Assembly: GCA_910585045.1 (NCBI GenBank)
Contig: CAJUCD010000001.1
Span: 111,573-175,572 of the forward strand
DNA length: 64,000 nt
Direction: 5' to 3'
Origin: an uncultured Bacilli bacterium
GTDB lineage: Bacteria > Bacillota_I > Bacilli_A > RF39 > UBA660
The translations under genes and the position numbers were made by a program. Positions within the stretch are counted from its first letter, which is position 1. Every line of letters starts with the position of its first letter. The notes below the pieces were generated by a model, which had not been told where the DNA came from, ran no database searches, and saw nothing but the letters and a program-made list of their open reading frames with translations. Positions 1-9,503 of this stretch are shown here, piece after piece.

Positions 1-333
1 AATTTTACTATTTGTAGTACAAGCTATAAATTGATTTTTTAGGTTACATAAATTATTACTAGATATGCTGTTTACTTTTTTTACAGATTGGTAATATATA
101 TTTTTTTGATATAATTCATAGTTATTGCCATATTTTAATAAATAAAAAATATTTTCTTTTTCAATATAAACTCCGTGTAGACTACTTTTATTGTCATTTA
201 ATTTATAAGAATATAAATAATCACTTAATTTAGTGCTTGTTAAAATAGGACTTATCGTAGTTTGAATGCGGAAATTATAGATACAAAAAATAAGTGTTAT
301 AATACTTAATATTAGAAGAATATTTCTTTTCAT
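1..333 (-). CDS. hypothetical membrane-anchored protein, N-terminal part only (gene runs off the window)
   Basis: The minus-strand frame is open from the ATG at 333 (AGAGG upstream) to the window edge. It begins MKRNILLILSIITLIFCIY, a hydrophobic anchor. It is absent from the ORF track because it has no stop codon in the window. Confidence 0.4.
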   Translation of the reverse strand, partial: MKRNILLILSIITLIFCIYNFRIQTTISPILTSTKLSDYLYSYKLNDNKSSLHGVYIEKENIFYLLKYGNNYELYQKNIYYQSVKKVNSISSNNLCNLKNQFIACTTNSKI

Positions 334-378
334 AAGAGCCTCTAATATAATTATAGTAACACTTATATTTTTTTATGT

Positions 379-1095
379 TTATTTTATAGGATGATGTAAT
401 ATTTTATCATATGGGCGAGGATAGTTTTCAGGTGTACTTTGAATTTTAGTTATTTTAATAATTGTGCGAGCACTGTTTTCAATTGGAAGCATAAATTCAT
501 TTATATTAACTAGCTTACCTCCTAAGGCTTTAATTGTAGATTCACTTTCTTCTAACTCATTAGTAACATTTCCTTTTAAAGGAATGAAATATCCATTTAA
601 TGATAGATATGGCAAAGATAATTCTGCTAATATGCGAAGATGAGCGACAGCTCTAGATGTAATAATGTCAAAATATTCAAAATATTTAGATCCTAATTCT
701 TCTGCACGACCATGTAGGCATGTTATGTCTTGAAGATTTAATCTTTTTATTACAGTTTCTAAAAAAGAAATTTTTTTATTATTTGAATCTAATAAAGTTA
801 TTTCTAAATTAGGAAAGAAGATTTTTAAGACTAGGCCTGGAAAACCAGCACCTGTGCCAATATCTAAAAGTTTTAAATTTGATTTTAAATCGATTTCTTT
901 AGTAATTGTTAAAGAATCATAAAAATGCTTTAAATATATTTCAGAGTCGGTTTTTATAGCTGTTAAATTAAACTTTTGATTATATTCTAATAGAATATTT
1001 TTATATATTTCTAATGCTTCTAATTGTTCCTCTGTTGGATTTATATTTATTTTAGCTAATTCTTGTACAAATTCTGTAATATTCATTGGGCTCAC
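379..1095 (-). CDS. rsmG: 16S rRNA (guanine527-N7)-methyltransferase RsmG/GidB
   Basis: SAM-binding motif DIGTGAGFPGL. Synteny with mnmG and mnmE. The ATG at 1086 with AGGTGA 5 nt upstream is the more likely start. Confidence 0.9.
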   Translation of the reverse strand: MSPMNITEFVQELAKININPTEEQLEALEIYKNILLEYNQKFNLTAIKTDSEIYLKHFYDSLTITKEIDLKSNLKLLDIGTGAGFPGLVLKIFFPNLEITLLDSNNKKISFLETVIKRLNLQDITCLHGRAEELGSKYFEYFDIITSRAVAHLRILAELSLPYLSLNGYFIPLKGNVTNELEESESTIKALGGKLVNINEFMLPIENSARTIIKITKIQSTPENYPRPYDKILHHPIK

Positions 1096-1149
1096 CTACT
1101 CTCATTATAGCATATATTATTATTTATAAAAAGCGGAATAATTAAGCTT

Positions 1150-3015
1150 TTACTTGTTATATTTTTTCTTTAAATAAACAGATAATATGGATAAATCAGA
1201 GGGATTTACTCCAGATATTCTTGCTGCTTGTCCCATAGTAACTGGCCTTACTTTTTCCAGTTTTTGTCTTGCTTCACTTGCTAAATTTCCAACATCTTGA
1301 TAATCAATATCTTTAGGTATTTCTTTTTCCTCTAATTTTAACATTTTTTCTGCTTCTTTATATGCTTTAGCAATATATCCTTCATACTTTACTTCTATTT
1401 CTACTTCTTCTAATATTGAAGGAGAAGCATCTAATGAAATAAAATTTTTTAAAAACTCAATATTAATCTCTGGTCTTTTTAATAAAATATATAATGACGT
1501 ACTAAAAGTTGGTACTTCTAAATTATTATTTTTAAATATTTCTTTAGTATCATTATTTAATGATATATTATGCGTGCTTAAAGTGTTTTTAATAGCTTTA
1601 ATTTGCGATTTTTTGGCTATTAATTTTTGATATCTTTCTTCATCAATAGTACCATTTTGATAACCAATTTCTCTTAAACGTAAATCAGCATTGTCATGAC
1701 GAAGAATAAGTCTAAACTCAGCTCGACTTGTCAGCATACGATATGGTTCACCAGTACCTTTGGTGACTAAATCATCAATTAATACACCTATATATGCTTC
1801 ATTTCTTTTTAGCACTAATGGCTCAATTCCCTTTAATTTATGATGAGCATTAATTCCAGCGATAAGTCCTTGGGCAGCTGCTTCTTCATAGCCGCTGGTA
1901 CCATTTATTTGGCCGGCAGTAAAAAGATTCTCGATTATTTTATTCTCTAAAGATGACTTCATTTCTAGAGGATCAATTGCATCATATTCGATAGCATATG
2001 CATATTTTGTTATTTCAGCATTTTCTAATCCTTTTAATGAATGAACCATTTTCTCTTGAACATCTCTAGGCATTGAAGTAGAAAAACCTTGTAAATACCA
2101 TTCATCATAATGTAAACTTTCTGGTTCTAAAAATAATTGATGGCGTTCTTTATCTGCAAACCGAACTATTTTATCTTCGATGGAAGGACAGTATCTAGGT
2201 CCTACGCCTGTTACATGACCGCCATACATTGCAGATTGATTTAAATTGTTTCTAATTATTTCATGAGTCTTTTCATTAGTATATAATAAATAGCATTTTT
2301 CTTGATTATTTATCTCATATTGGGGTTCTATATCATGAGAAAATGTATAATACTTTTTATCACCATTCTCTTCATTCATTTTTGTAAAATCAATACTAGA
2401 TTTCTTGATGCGAGGAGGAGTTCCTGTTTTTAATCTTTGAATGGTTAATCCTAATTTTTTTAAATTATCACTTAGATAATTACTTCTTTTTTCACCATGT
2501 GGTCCTCCAGGAGTATTTTCAGAGCCAATTAAAATATTACCTTTAGTATATGTTCCTGTGGTTAAAATAACAGTTTTACCTTCTATTTTTGTTCCATTTT
2601 CTAGTATAACACCTGTTACTTTATGGTTGTTTGTTATAATATCTTCAACCATACCTTCGATAATTTCTAGATTTGCAGTTTTTCTTAATGTTTCTAGCAT
2701 TATCTTAGGATATGTTATTTTATCTGCTTGGGCTCTTAAACTTCTAACGGCAGGACCCTTTCCATTATTAAGCATTTTGATTTGAAAATGGGATTGATCT
2801 GCAACAACTCCCATAATACCGCCTAAAGCATCTATTTCTCTTACAATAATTCCTTTAGCAGTTCCTCCAATTGAAGGATTACAAGGCATATCAGCAATAT
2901 TTTTAATATTAGAGGTAACTAATAGAGTTTTTAGACCTAAAACAGCACTTATATGAGCTGCTTCACAGCCTGCATGGCCTCCTCCTACTACAATACAATC
3001 ATACATTTGGTTCAA
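1150..3015 (-). CDS. mnmG: tRNA uridine 5-carboxymethylaminomethyl modification enzyme MnmG/GidA
   Basis: N-terminal FAD fold VVGGGHAGCEAA, 621 aa, full-length GidA-like sequence, and synteny. Confidence 0.95.
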   Translation of the reverse strand: MNQMYDCIVVGGGHAGCEAAHISAVLGLKTLLVTSNIKNIADMPCNPSIGGTAKGIIVREIDALGGIMGVVADQSHFQIKMLNNGKGPAVRSLRAQADKITYPKIMLETLRKTANLEIIEGMVEDIITNNHKVTGVILENGTKIEGKTVILTTGTYTKGNILIGSENTPGGPHGEKRSNYLSDNLKKLGLTIQRLKTGTPPRIKKSSIDFTKMNEENGDKKYYTFSHDIEPQYEINNQEKCYLLYTNEKTHEIIRNNLNQSAMYGGHVTGVGPRYCPSIEDKIVRFADKERHQLFLEPESLHYDEWYLQGFSTSMPRDVQEKMVHSLKGLENAEITKYAYAIEYDAIDPLEMKSSLENKIIENLFTAGQINGTSGYEEAAAQGLIAGINAHHKLKGIEPLVLKRNEAYIGVLIDDLVTKGTGEPYRMLTSRAEFRLILRHDNADLRLREIGYQNGTIDEERYQKLIAKKSQIKAIKNTLSTHNISLNNDTKEIFKNNNLEVPTFSTSLYILLKRPEINIEFLKNFISLDASPSILEEVEIEVKYEGYIAKAYKEAEKMLKLEEKEIPKDIDYQDVGNLASEARQKLEKVRPVTMGQAARISGVNPSDLSILSVYLKKKYNK

Positions 3016-3045
3016 CTTCTTTCATTTGATTAATTTGGTTAGTTT

Positions 3046-3540
3046 TTATAAGTTTTTTTCATAATAATTAAATAAGCCATCATTATCGCTCCAATTAAAT
3101 GTAGATAGCTTTTTATATCCTAATTTTTCAAAAAGGGTATTCATTTTTATATTTTTTACTTCAGTATCAGCTTTTATTAAAAATATATTATTTTTAAGAG
3201 CTAATTCTTCAACATATTTTAGAAATGATATTGCAATGCCTAACTTCCGATAATTTTTATCTACTCCTAGTCTATGCATGATATAAGCTTCTTTTTTAGT
3301 TGTATTTGAAACACGTTCATATTCATTTTCTGTGTCTTTTTCTGCACATATGAAACCTATAACTTTACTTTCTTTTTCGTAAACATATAGCGCGTTACAT
3401 GCAATATCATTTAAAAAGTCTTCTTCTATTGGATATTTATCATGCCACTGAGGATTTCCTTCCTTTTTCATATCCGCGACTATTTCTTTTGTTATTCGCA
3501 TTATTGATAATATATCATTTTCTGTTGCTAAACGAATCAT
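3046..3540 (-). CDS. GNAT family N-acetyltransferase
   Basis: Acetyl-CoA binding motif RLGVDKNYRKLGIAISF. The start at MIRLATEND (3540) avoids overlap with mnmE. Confidence 0.75.
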   Translation of the reverse strand: MIRLATENDILSIMRITKEIVADMKKEGNPQWHDKYPIEEDFLNDIACNALYVYEKESKVIGFICAEKDTENEYERVSNTTKKEAYIMHRLGVDKNYRKLGIAISFLKYVEELALKNNIFLIKADTEVKNIKMNTLFEKLGYKKLSTFNWSDNDGLFNYYEKNL

Positions 3541-3548
3541 ATTTGTTC

Positions 3549-4895
3549 CTACTTTCCTAAACAAAATTTACTAAATAAAGTATCAAGTAATTCATCTTGA
3601 TAAATTTCTCCTGTTATTTCGCCTAAAGCATCCCATGCTGCTTTAATATCTATTGCTAACATATCAACAGGAATTCCTTTAGTAACATTTGCTAATGCAT
3701 TTTCTATATGAGTTAAAGAAGTGGTTATTAAACTTATAACTCTTGTGCTTGATATTAATTCTAAGTTAGATGTTGCAATACCATCTAAATCAAATAATTC
3801 AATTATTTTAGCTTTTAGACTATCTAAGCCACTATCTTCTTTGGTATTTCCATATATAATATTATCGTCACTTAAATTTATTTTTAAAGGTAAATCTGAC
3901 TTATTAATAAATGTAATATGAGTTTTAGAAGATGTTTTTGTCATTAATTCTCGGTCTGATTCGGTTAATGGCTCATTACCATTCAAAACATGAATAATTA
4001 AGTCAGCGGTATCAATAGTTTCTAAAGATTTATCAACTCCAATTTGTTCAACAATATCTTTAGTTTGCCTAATTCCAGCAGTATCAATAAATTTAAGGCG
4101 AATTCCTTTTAATTCAATACTGCCTTCGACTATATCCCTAGTAGTGCCTGCAATATCAGTTACGATAGCTTTTTGTTCACCTAGAAATGCATTTAGAATA
4201 CTACTTTTACCAACGTTAGGTCGTCCAACTAAGGCAACTTTTATTCCACTCTCTACTATTTTTCCAATTCTTGATTCTGCTAAAAGCGTATTTAATTCAT
4301 TTTTTATAATATTAAGTTTAGTAGGAATATTTTCGAGAGTTATTTCTAGGGCATCTTCATATTCTGGATAATCAATATTTACTTCTATATTAGCTAATAA
4401 CTCGACAATAATATCCCGAACTTTAGATATTTTACGAGATACTTTTCCACTCATGGTATTTAAAGCTAATTTTCGTTCTAAATCGGTAGTAGAATTTAAT
4501 AAATTACTTACTGCTTCAGCGGCTGTTAAATCAAGACGGCCATTTAAAAAGGCTCTTTTGGTAAATTCCCCTTTTTCGGCAAGACGAATTCCGTTAGCTA
4601 AAAGTATCTCTAATATTTTTTTAGTAGTAGCAATGCCTCCATGACAATTAATTTCTACAATATCTTCAGTAGTATATGTTTTAGGGGCTTTAAATACGCT
4701 TACTAAGACTTCATCAATTATTTCTTTGTTATTTATAATATGGCCATAATGAATAGTATGGCTGGCAACTTTAGTTAAATCTTTGCCATCAAAAAGACTA
4801 GCAGTTTTCTCAATAGCATCAGGACCACTTATTCTTATTATAGATATAGCTCCTACACCTAAAGCTGTTGAAATGGCACATATAGTATCAGACAT
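3549..4895 (-). CDS. mnmE: tRNA modification GTPase MnmE/TrmE
   Basis: G1 motif GRPNVGKSS, DTAG, NKSD, and the C-terminal CLGK tail typical of MnmE. Confidence 0.95.
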   Translation of the reverse strand: MSDTICAISTALGVGAISIIRISGPDAIEKTASLFDGKDLTKVASHTIHYGHIINNKEIIDEVLVSVFKAPKTYTTEDIVEINCHGGIATTKKILEILLANGIRLAEKGEFTKRAFLNGRLDLTAAEAVSNLLNSTTDLERKLALNTMSGKVSRKISKVRDIIVELLANIEVNIDYPEYEDALEITLENIPTKLNIIKNELNTLLAESRIGKIVESGIKVALVGRPNVGKSSILNAFLGEQKAIVTDIAGTTRDIVEGSIELKGIRLKFIDTAGIRQTKDIVEQIGVDKSLETIDTADLIIHVLNGNEPLTESDRELMTKTSSKTHITFINKSDLPLKINLSDDNIIYGNTKEDSGLDSLKAKIIELFDLDGIATSNLELISSTRVISLITTSLTHIENALANVTKGIPVDMLAIDIKAAWDALGEITGEIYQDELLDTLFSKFCLGK

Positions 4896-4965
4896 AATTA
4901 GTCACTTCCTTTTAAGCGCCTTTATTATAGCATTTTTTAGCTTATTTTACAAATTACTTTTAATC

Positions 4966-5778
4966 TTATTTTATCAGAATTATAACGATGTAACTTATGA
5001 TACTGGTACTCACATTACTAAGAAAATTGACACAATCATTGTTAATAAATTTGAAGCCTTTATAATATTTAGTTTTTATTTGACAATGTTCTTCACGTTC
5101 AGTTATTTGAAGGCATTTTTGACACTTATATTTTACTTGGATGGTAGAGCCTAAAACACTATCAACAATGGTACCTAGAAAACCACTAAGTAATATTGCT
5201 AGAAAAGAGGAAAACTGATGATAAAAAATATAAAATATACTACTAATTATTAAAGAACCTATCAAAGATAAGCATATACCTAAAAGGCTAATATTTCCTG
5301 ATAAACCTTTTATGCTTTTTTTAAATGTTAATATATTAATTGGCGGGCGTTTTGATAACACCCCTATATCAGATGCTAGAGAATCAGAAAGAGATTCAGC
5401 CATAATGCTAGCATAAATTATTAAATAGATGAAGTTATTAGTAAATCCATATATTATAATAAAAAGTGTTCCTAATCCCACATTTGCTAAAATTTGATAT
5501 ATATCTTTTTTGTGAGGTTTTTTAATTATATCATGATTAATTTCAATTTTTTTGATTGCTCCTATTTTATTACCTATTAAAGTGCCTAAAAAAACTAAAA
5601 CTAAAATCAAATAAGAAATAATTCCTCCAAAATAAGTAATTAAGCAAGCAAATATAAAAGCACATAATAAAGCACTGGTAGTAAGAGCCTTTTTGATATA
5701 AGCTAAAATGGTTAACAGTAAACTTAAAGTGATACTTAATATTATATTCATGTTACTCCTTATATGGCTAAAAGCCAT
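4966..5778 (-). CDS. DUF92/TMEM19 (VTE6-like) polytopic membrane protein with C-terminal Cys/His cluster
   Basis: Multi-TM protein. The DSVLGSTIQ motif is followed by CQKC...HC...C. It overlaps the upstream kinase-like gene by 19 nt. Confidence 0.55.
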   Translation of the reverse strand: MAFSHIRSNMNIILSITLSLLLTILAYIKKALTTSALLCAFIFACLITYFGGIISYLILVLVFLGTLIGNKIGAIKKIEINHDIIKKPHKKDIYQILANVGLGTLFIIIYGFTNNFIYLIIYASIMAESLSDSLASDIGVLSKRPPINILTFKKSIKGLSGNISLLGICLSLIGSLIISSIFYIFYHQFSSFLAILLSGFLGTIVDSVLGSTIQVKYKCQKCLQITEREEHCQIKTKYYKGFKFINNDCVNFLSNVSTSIISYIVIILIK

Positions 5779-6410
5779 GATATGAGTGCTAAACCTAATG
5801 GTAAAGTGAGATTATCAAAGCCTTTTACGCCTATTAATTCTAAAATACTTGCACTAATACTTATTATTAATATTTCATAGATGCTATAAGATAGATGATA
5901 ATTTTTAGTGATTATTAATGTTAATAAAAATGTAATTATAATAATTGTTAATGAACCAAAATAAGTTTTAGTAGTGTTTTTAATTTTATATTGAGGAATT
6001 TTAGAGCCAATGAATGGAGCTATACCATCTCCCAAAACCATTGCTAAAATACCTATTCCATAAAATGGTAAAAAATCGTGGTTGAGTACAGTTATCATAC
6101 TTAAAATAGTAAAACTTATTGCATAATATATGGTCCCTTTAGATTCTTTGTCTGGGCGTTCCATAGATTTTAAAAAATTAGTTTTGTAAGAAATATAGTT
6201 TATGAAAATAAATGTTAAAGGTGGTATCATAAGATGATAAGTAAAACTAAAAAAATATATCATAATAAACCATGATAAACCAACCATTATATGAATAATT
6301 TTACGAGATATCTCATTTTTTAGTGAATATTTTCTTTTTATTAACTCTGTTATTATTATGACTAATGATATATAAGTATAAGTTAATATATACCCTATTA
6401 CTGTTCTCAT
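5760..6410 (-). CDS. CTP-dependent polyprenol/phytol/dolichol-kinase-like membrane protein (CdsA superfamily)
   Basis: Membrane protein of about six TM segments with a GDGIAPFIGSKIP motif resembling the cytidylyltransferase/dolichol kinase family. Confidence 0.5.
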   Translation of the reverse strand: MRTVIGYILTYTYISLVIIITELIKRKYSLKNEISRKIIHIMVGLSWFIMIYFFSFTYHLMIPPLTFIFINYISYKTNFLKSMERPDKESKGTIYYAISFTILSMITVLNHDFLPFYGIGILAMVLGDGIAPFIGSKIPQYKIKNTTKTYFGSLTIIIITFLLTLIITKNYHLSYSIYEILIISISASILELIGVKGFDNLTLPLGLALISWLLAI

Positions 6411-6451
6411 ATTTACCTCTTAATATATTATATCATATATTATTAATTTAA

Positions 6452-6482
6452 GAAAACCTCGAAAAAATATATTTTTCGAGGT
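6452..6482 (-). terminator. rho-independent terminator after rpsI
   Basis: Perfect stem CCTCGAAAAA / TTTTTCGAGG with a 6-nt loop and a T-run on the minus strand. Confidence 0.65.
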
Positions 6483-6499
6483 ATACATTGAACAAAATA

Positions 6500-6916
6500 T
6501 TATCTTTTTGAGAATTGTGGTGCACGACGAGCTTTTTTAAGTCCGTATTTTTTACGTTCTTTAACTCTTGCATCACGAGTTAAGAAACCATTAGCTTTTA
6601 AAATCTTACGATATGAATCTTCTCTTGTTTGATCAGTATTAGCATCAAATTTAAGTAAAGCTCTTGCAATACCTAAACGAATAGCTCCTGCTTGACCAGA
6701 GTATCCGCCACCTTTTACAGTAACTTCGATATCAAAACGATTTTCATTGTCAGTAGCAGTTAATGGTTGTTTTAAATCCATTACAAGAATTTGGTTTGGA
6801 AAATATTCATTTACATCTGTTCCGTTTACAATAATATTTCCTGTTCCGCCTGTAATTCTTACTGATGCAGAACTTCTTTTACGACGACCTGTTGCAGTCC
6901 ATACTTGTTTAGCCAT
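6500..6916 (-). CDS. rpsI: 30S ribosomal protein S9
   Basis: [19 protein letters not shown] and the C-terminal [12 protein letters not shown]. Confidence 0.95.
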   Translation of the reverse strand: MAKQVWTATGRRKRSSASVRITGGTGNIIVNGTDVNEYFPNQILVMDLKQPLTATDNENRFDIEVTVKGGGYSGQAGAIRLGIARALLKFDANTDQTREDSYRKILKANGFLTRDARVKERKKYGLKKARRAPQFSKR

Positions 6917-6927
6917 TAATTTACCTC

Positions 6928-7359
6928 CTAATCAATTTTAAGCTCTGTTGGTTTTTGAGCTTCATGTTTGTGATCAGCATTGCTGTATACAAATAATTTT
7001 TTACCCATTGCTCTTCCAAGAGGTCCATGAGGAAGCATACCTTTAACAGCTCTTTCAATCATTTCTTCTGGATATTTCTCAATCATTGTTTTTGCATTTC
7101 TTTCTCTTAATCCTCCTGGATAACCAGAGTGATTGTAATACATCTTATCTTCTAGTTTGTTTCCAGTTAAATTAACCTTTGATGCATTAATGATAATTAC
7201 ATAATCTCCACAATCTACATGAGGTGTATAAGTAACTTTATGTTTACCTCTTAAAATTGTAGCAGCTTTAGTAGCAATACGACCTAAAGTTTTACCTTCA
7301 GCATCAATTACATACCATTTACGTTCAATGTTTTCTTTTTTTTGCATGAATGTCTTCAT
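6928..7359 (-). CDS. rplM: 50S ribosomal protein L13
   Basis: Typical L13 sequence ([16 protein letters not shown]) and the rplM-rpsI operon arrangement. Confidence 0.95.
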   Translation of the reverse strand: MKTFMQKKENIERKWYVIDAEGKTLGRIATKAATILRGKHKVTYTPHVDCGDYVIIINASKVNLTGNKLEDKMYYNHSGYPGGLRERNAKTMIEKYPEEMIERAVKGMLPHGPLGRAMGKKLFVYSNADHKHEAQKPTELKID

Positions 7360-7473
7360 AACACTTTATCCTTCCATTATCGTTTTCCCTACTTTTGCTT
7401 TCCCAGGGCTTGGTAGTTCCAACAAATAAAATGTACCATTTAAAATTATATGTAAATTATATGGTTTTGTCAA
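7360..7473 (-). promoter_or_regulatory. sigma-A promoter plus roughly 78-nt rplM leader (possible ribosomal-protein leader structure)
   Basis: On the minus strand, TTGACA (7468-7473), a 17-nt spacer, then TATAAT (7445-7450). The leader contains a CCCT...AGGG / CTAC...GTAG pairing. Confidence 0.5.
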
Positions 7474-7533
7474 ATAGAAAATGAGCTTTTTTCATATATT
7501 TACAATATTTTTTACGATTTTTAATTATAATTG

Positions 7534-8136
7534 TTATTTTTCGCCAGTAAATACTTTGATTACGCAAGAAAATTTATATAAAATATTATTGGAATGATTG
7601 ATTGCTATACTTTTTCCTAAGGCTTTTCCTCCTATAGTTAAAGCAGCAATAATACTTGTTATAATTAAACTAACATAAAATATATTGAAATTTAATTTAT
7701 TTGCTAATAATATAGCTATAGTTCCAGCGGCAGTACCAGATAATATTCCACAAATATCACCAATTACATCATTACAGAAACTTGATACTTTGGAGTTATT
7801 AGCGATTAGTTTTAAAGCTGTTTTTGCACCACTTACTTTTTTAGCAGCCATAGAATGAAATACTTTTTTATCAGCAACTGTAACAGAAATACCAACCATA
7901 TCAAAAACAATACCTAATACTATAAATATTAAGACTATTAAAATACTTAAAGTTAAATTGATGTCTTTTAAGGCTGATTCTGAAAAAATTGACATAATAA
8001 AAGTTATCATAAATGCTGTTAGGGTAATAGTTATAATCCATTTATAATCTGCTTTTAAATTAACATTTTTATTTTGTTTATTTGCTTTTTTATTATATTG
8101 TTCTTTATTTTTTTTATCTTTCATATTATCACACAA
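7534..8136 (-). CDS. small 4-TM membrane protein with lysine-rich N-terminus (possible OapA-like / stand-alone DUF21-like)
   Basis: About 200 aa. Basic N-terminal tail, four hydrophobic segments, and a loop AAKKVSGAKTALKLIANNSKVSSFCNDVIGDI reminiscent of the CNNM/DUF21 TM domain. It lies directly downstream of the large ncRNA candidate with no terminator between them. Confidence 0.55.
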   Translation of the reverse strand: MCDNMKDKKNKEQYNKKANKQNKNVNLKADYKWIITITLTAFMITFIMSIFSESALKDINLTLSILIVLIFIVLGIVFDMVGISVTVADKKVFHSMAAKKVSGAKTALKLIANNSKVSSFCNDVIGDICGILSGTAAGTIAILLANKLNFNIFYVSLIITSIIAALTIGGKALGKSIAINHSNNILYKFSCVIKVFTGEK

Positions 8137-8144
8137 TTAAAATA

Positions 8145-8714
8145 GAAATGGCGATTAAAATAATAAACTTTGCGACTTAAGGTCAGGTTGGATTTCCCTT
8201 ATTCTTACCTAGGCGTTACCACATAGGCCGTTCCCATTTAAAAGAATAAATAAGAAGTTACCTCTCTTATTACCTGATTGCCACTTAGTACACACTGCAA
8301 TCTTATTTTAATATGCACTCTAGGAGTTTTCCTCGACAATACCCCCATTACTAATGCTTTTTTGCAGATAGCGTTTCAAAAAGCAATACTCCTCTTAAAC
8401 ATGTACACGCCAAGATTCGCTGTCATTTATCCCCGATATCCACGCAAGCCAAGCTACGCTACTCATAACTTTCGCCAAAAGTAGGTTTAATCCTAGTTCG
8501 TAGAAAATTAAGTTTTCCACAAAGATAGGTCTCCACGATAAATTGGGACGGTTGCCATATGCCATTATGATCGCCCAAAAAATCTACATTTCCAGCACTC
8601 ACCCTAAACTGGGCGTAAAAAGCAAGCACCAGAAGCTTCACAGATGTGCTCTTTAACGGTCTTTTAAACCCGTCTTCGTAATATGTATTGACTAGAATAA
8701 TGTGCCATCTCGTT
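8145..8714 (-). ncRNA. large structured non-coding RNA candidate, about 570 nt (OLE-like?)
   Basis: A 640-bp ORF-poor gap in a tightly packed genome, visibly richer in G+C than its flanks, with its own promoter. Nested helices include 8355-8385, 8249-8271 and 8199-8206/8242-8249. It has neither the RNase P nor the tmRNA signature. Confidence 0.6.
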
Positions 8715-8721
8715 GTTATAG

Positions 8722-8750
8722 ATTATATCATATTTTATTTATTTTGCAAA
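8722..8750 (-). promoter_or_regulatory. sigma-A promoter with extended -10 for the ncRNA
   Basis: On the minus strand, TTGCAA, 16 nt, then TGATATAAT, located just after the truA stop. Confidence 0.45.
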
Positions 8751-8776
8751 TATGCATTAAAAATGCTTTACATAAG

Positions 8777-9502
8777 TTATTTGTATAACACTTTATTTAG
8801 ATATAGACCACTCGGTAAGGCTGTACTGAATTGTTTTGGCTTTTCTGGATTATCTAAAGCTTCTTTAATTTCTTCGATAGTATTTTTTTTAGTACTAACA
8901 TCAAGCATAGCTCCTACTAAATTACGGACCATGTAGCGGTAGAAACTTTGACCTACGAAACTTATTTCTAAAATATTTTTTTTGATACGAAAACTAATAT
9001 CATAAATGATGCAATCATAATTAGTGCGTGAACCAGAGACAAAATTTTTAAAATTATGGACACCAAGAAATAATTTTGCACATTTTTTCATGCTTTTAAT
9101 ATCAATATTATAGTTTGGTTGTAAAGTGTAGTCTTCAAGAAATGGGTCAAATTCTCTAAGGTTTATTTTATAAATATATTCCTTTTTTAAGACATTAAAT
9201 CGAGCATGAAAATTATTAGGTACAATTGATACTTTAGTAATATAAATGTATGGTTTTACTAAACTATTTAAAGCTAATTTTAAATGTTCTTCATCAATGG
9301 TTATATCTAAACTAAAAGAAGCTTGCTGGTCATAAGCATGAACTCCTCGATCAGTTCTACCTGCACCTTTTATGATTACTTCTTTTTTATTAATGATGGT
9401 TAATGCTTCTTCTAATGTTTTTTGAACAGAGGGATTTTCATTTAATCTTTGAAAGCCATAAAACTTTGAACCATCATATTTCATACTAATTAAATAATGC
9501 AT
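8777..9502 (-). CDS. truA: tRNA pseudouridine(38-40) synthase TruA
   Basis: Catalytic motif GAGRTDRGVHA, 241 aa. Confidence 0.9.
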   Translation of the reverse strand: MHYLISMKYDGSKFYGFQRLNENPSVQKTLEEALTIINKKEVIIKGAGRTDRGVHAYDQQASFSLDITIDEEHLKLALNSLVKPYIYITKVSIVPNNFHARFNVLKKEYIYKINLREFDPFLEDYTLQPNYNIDIKSMKKCAKLFLGVHNFKNFVSGSRTNYDCIIYDISFRIKKNILEISFVGQSFYRYMVRNLVGAMLDVSTKKNTIEEIKEALDNPEKPKQFSTALPSGLYLNKVLYK

Positions 9503-9503
9503 A

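Noticed and set aside
2558-2785. Numerous antisense track ORFs lie inside conserved genes. Examples are 2558-2785, 3721-3921, 4144-4371, 4783-5154, 12392-12670, 12863-13156, 15568-15912, 26105-26395, 28797-29156, 33055-33462, 36671-36955 and 57386-57763.
   Set aside because: These are typical shadow ORFs of AT-rich genomes (Ser/Leu/Ile/Phe-rich) lying opposite well-supported genes. None has an RBS or a domain signature.
8145-8714. Whether the large RNA candidate is RNase P RNA or tmRNA.
   Set aside because: There is no GAGGAAAGUCC (only a poor gaggaaaactcc, located near the 3' end), no ACAGAA-type CR-IV, no tRNA-like GGGG...CCACCA ends, and no plausible tag reading frame ending in hydrophobic residues.
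8278-8936. Track ORFs 8278-8484(+), 8459-8641(-) and 8688-8936(+) lie in the truA/rplM-side spacer.
   Set aside because: They are short, have no RBS and have odd composition (Cys/His/Arg-rich, unlike the Lys/Ile/Asn-rich proteome). They overlap each other and the truA 3' end. The region is better explained as a structured RNA.
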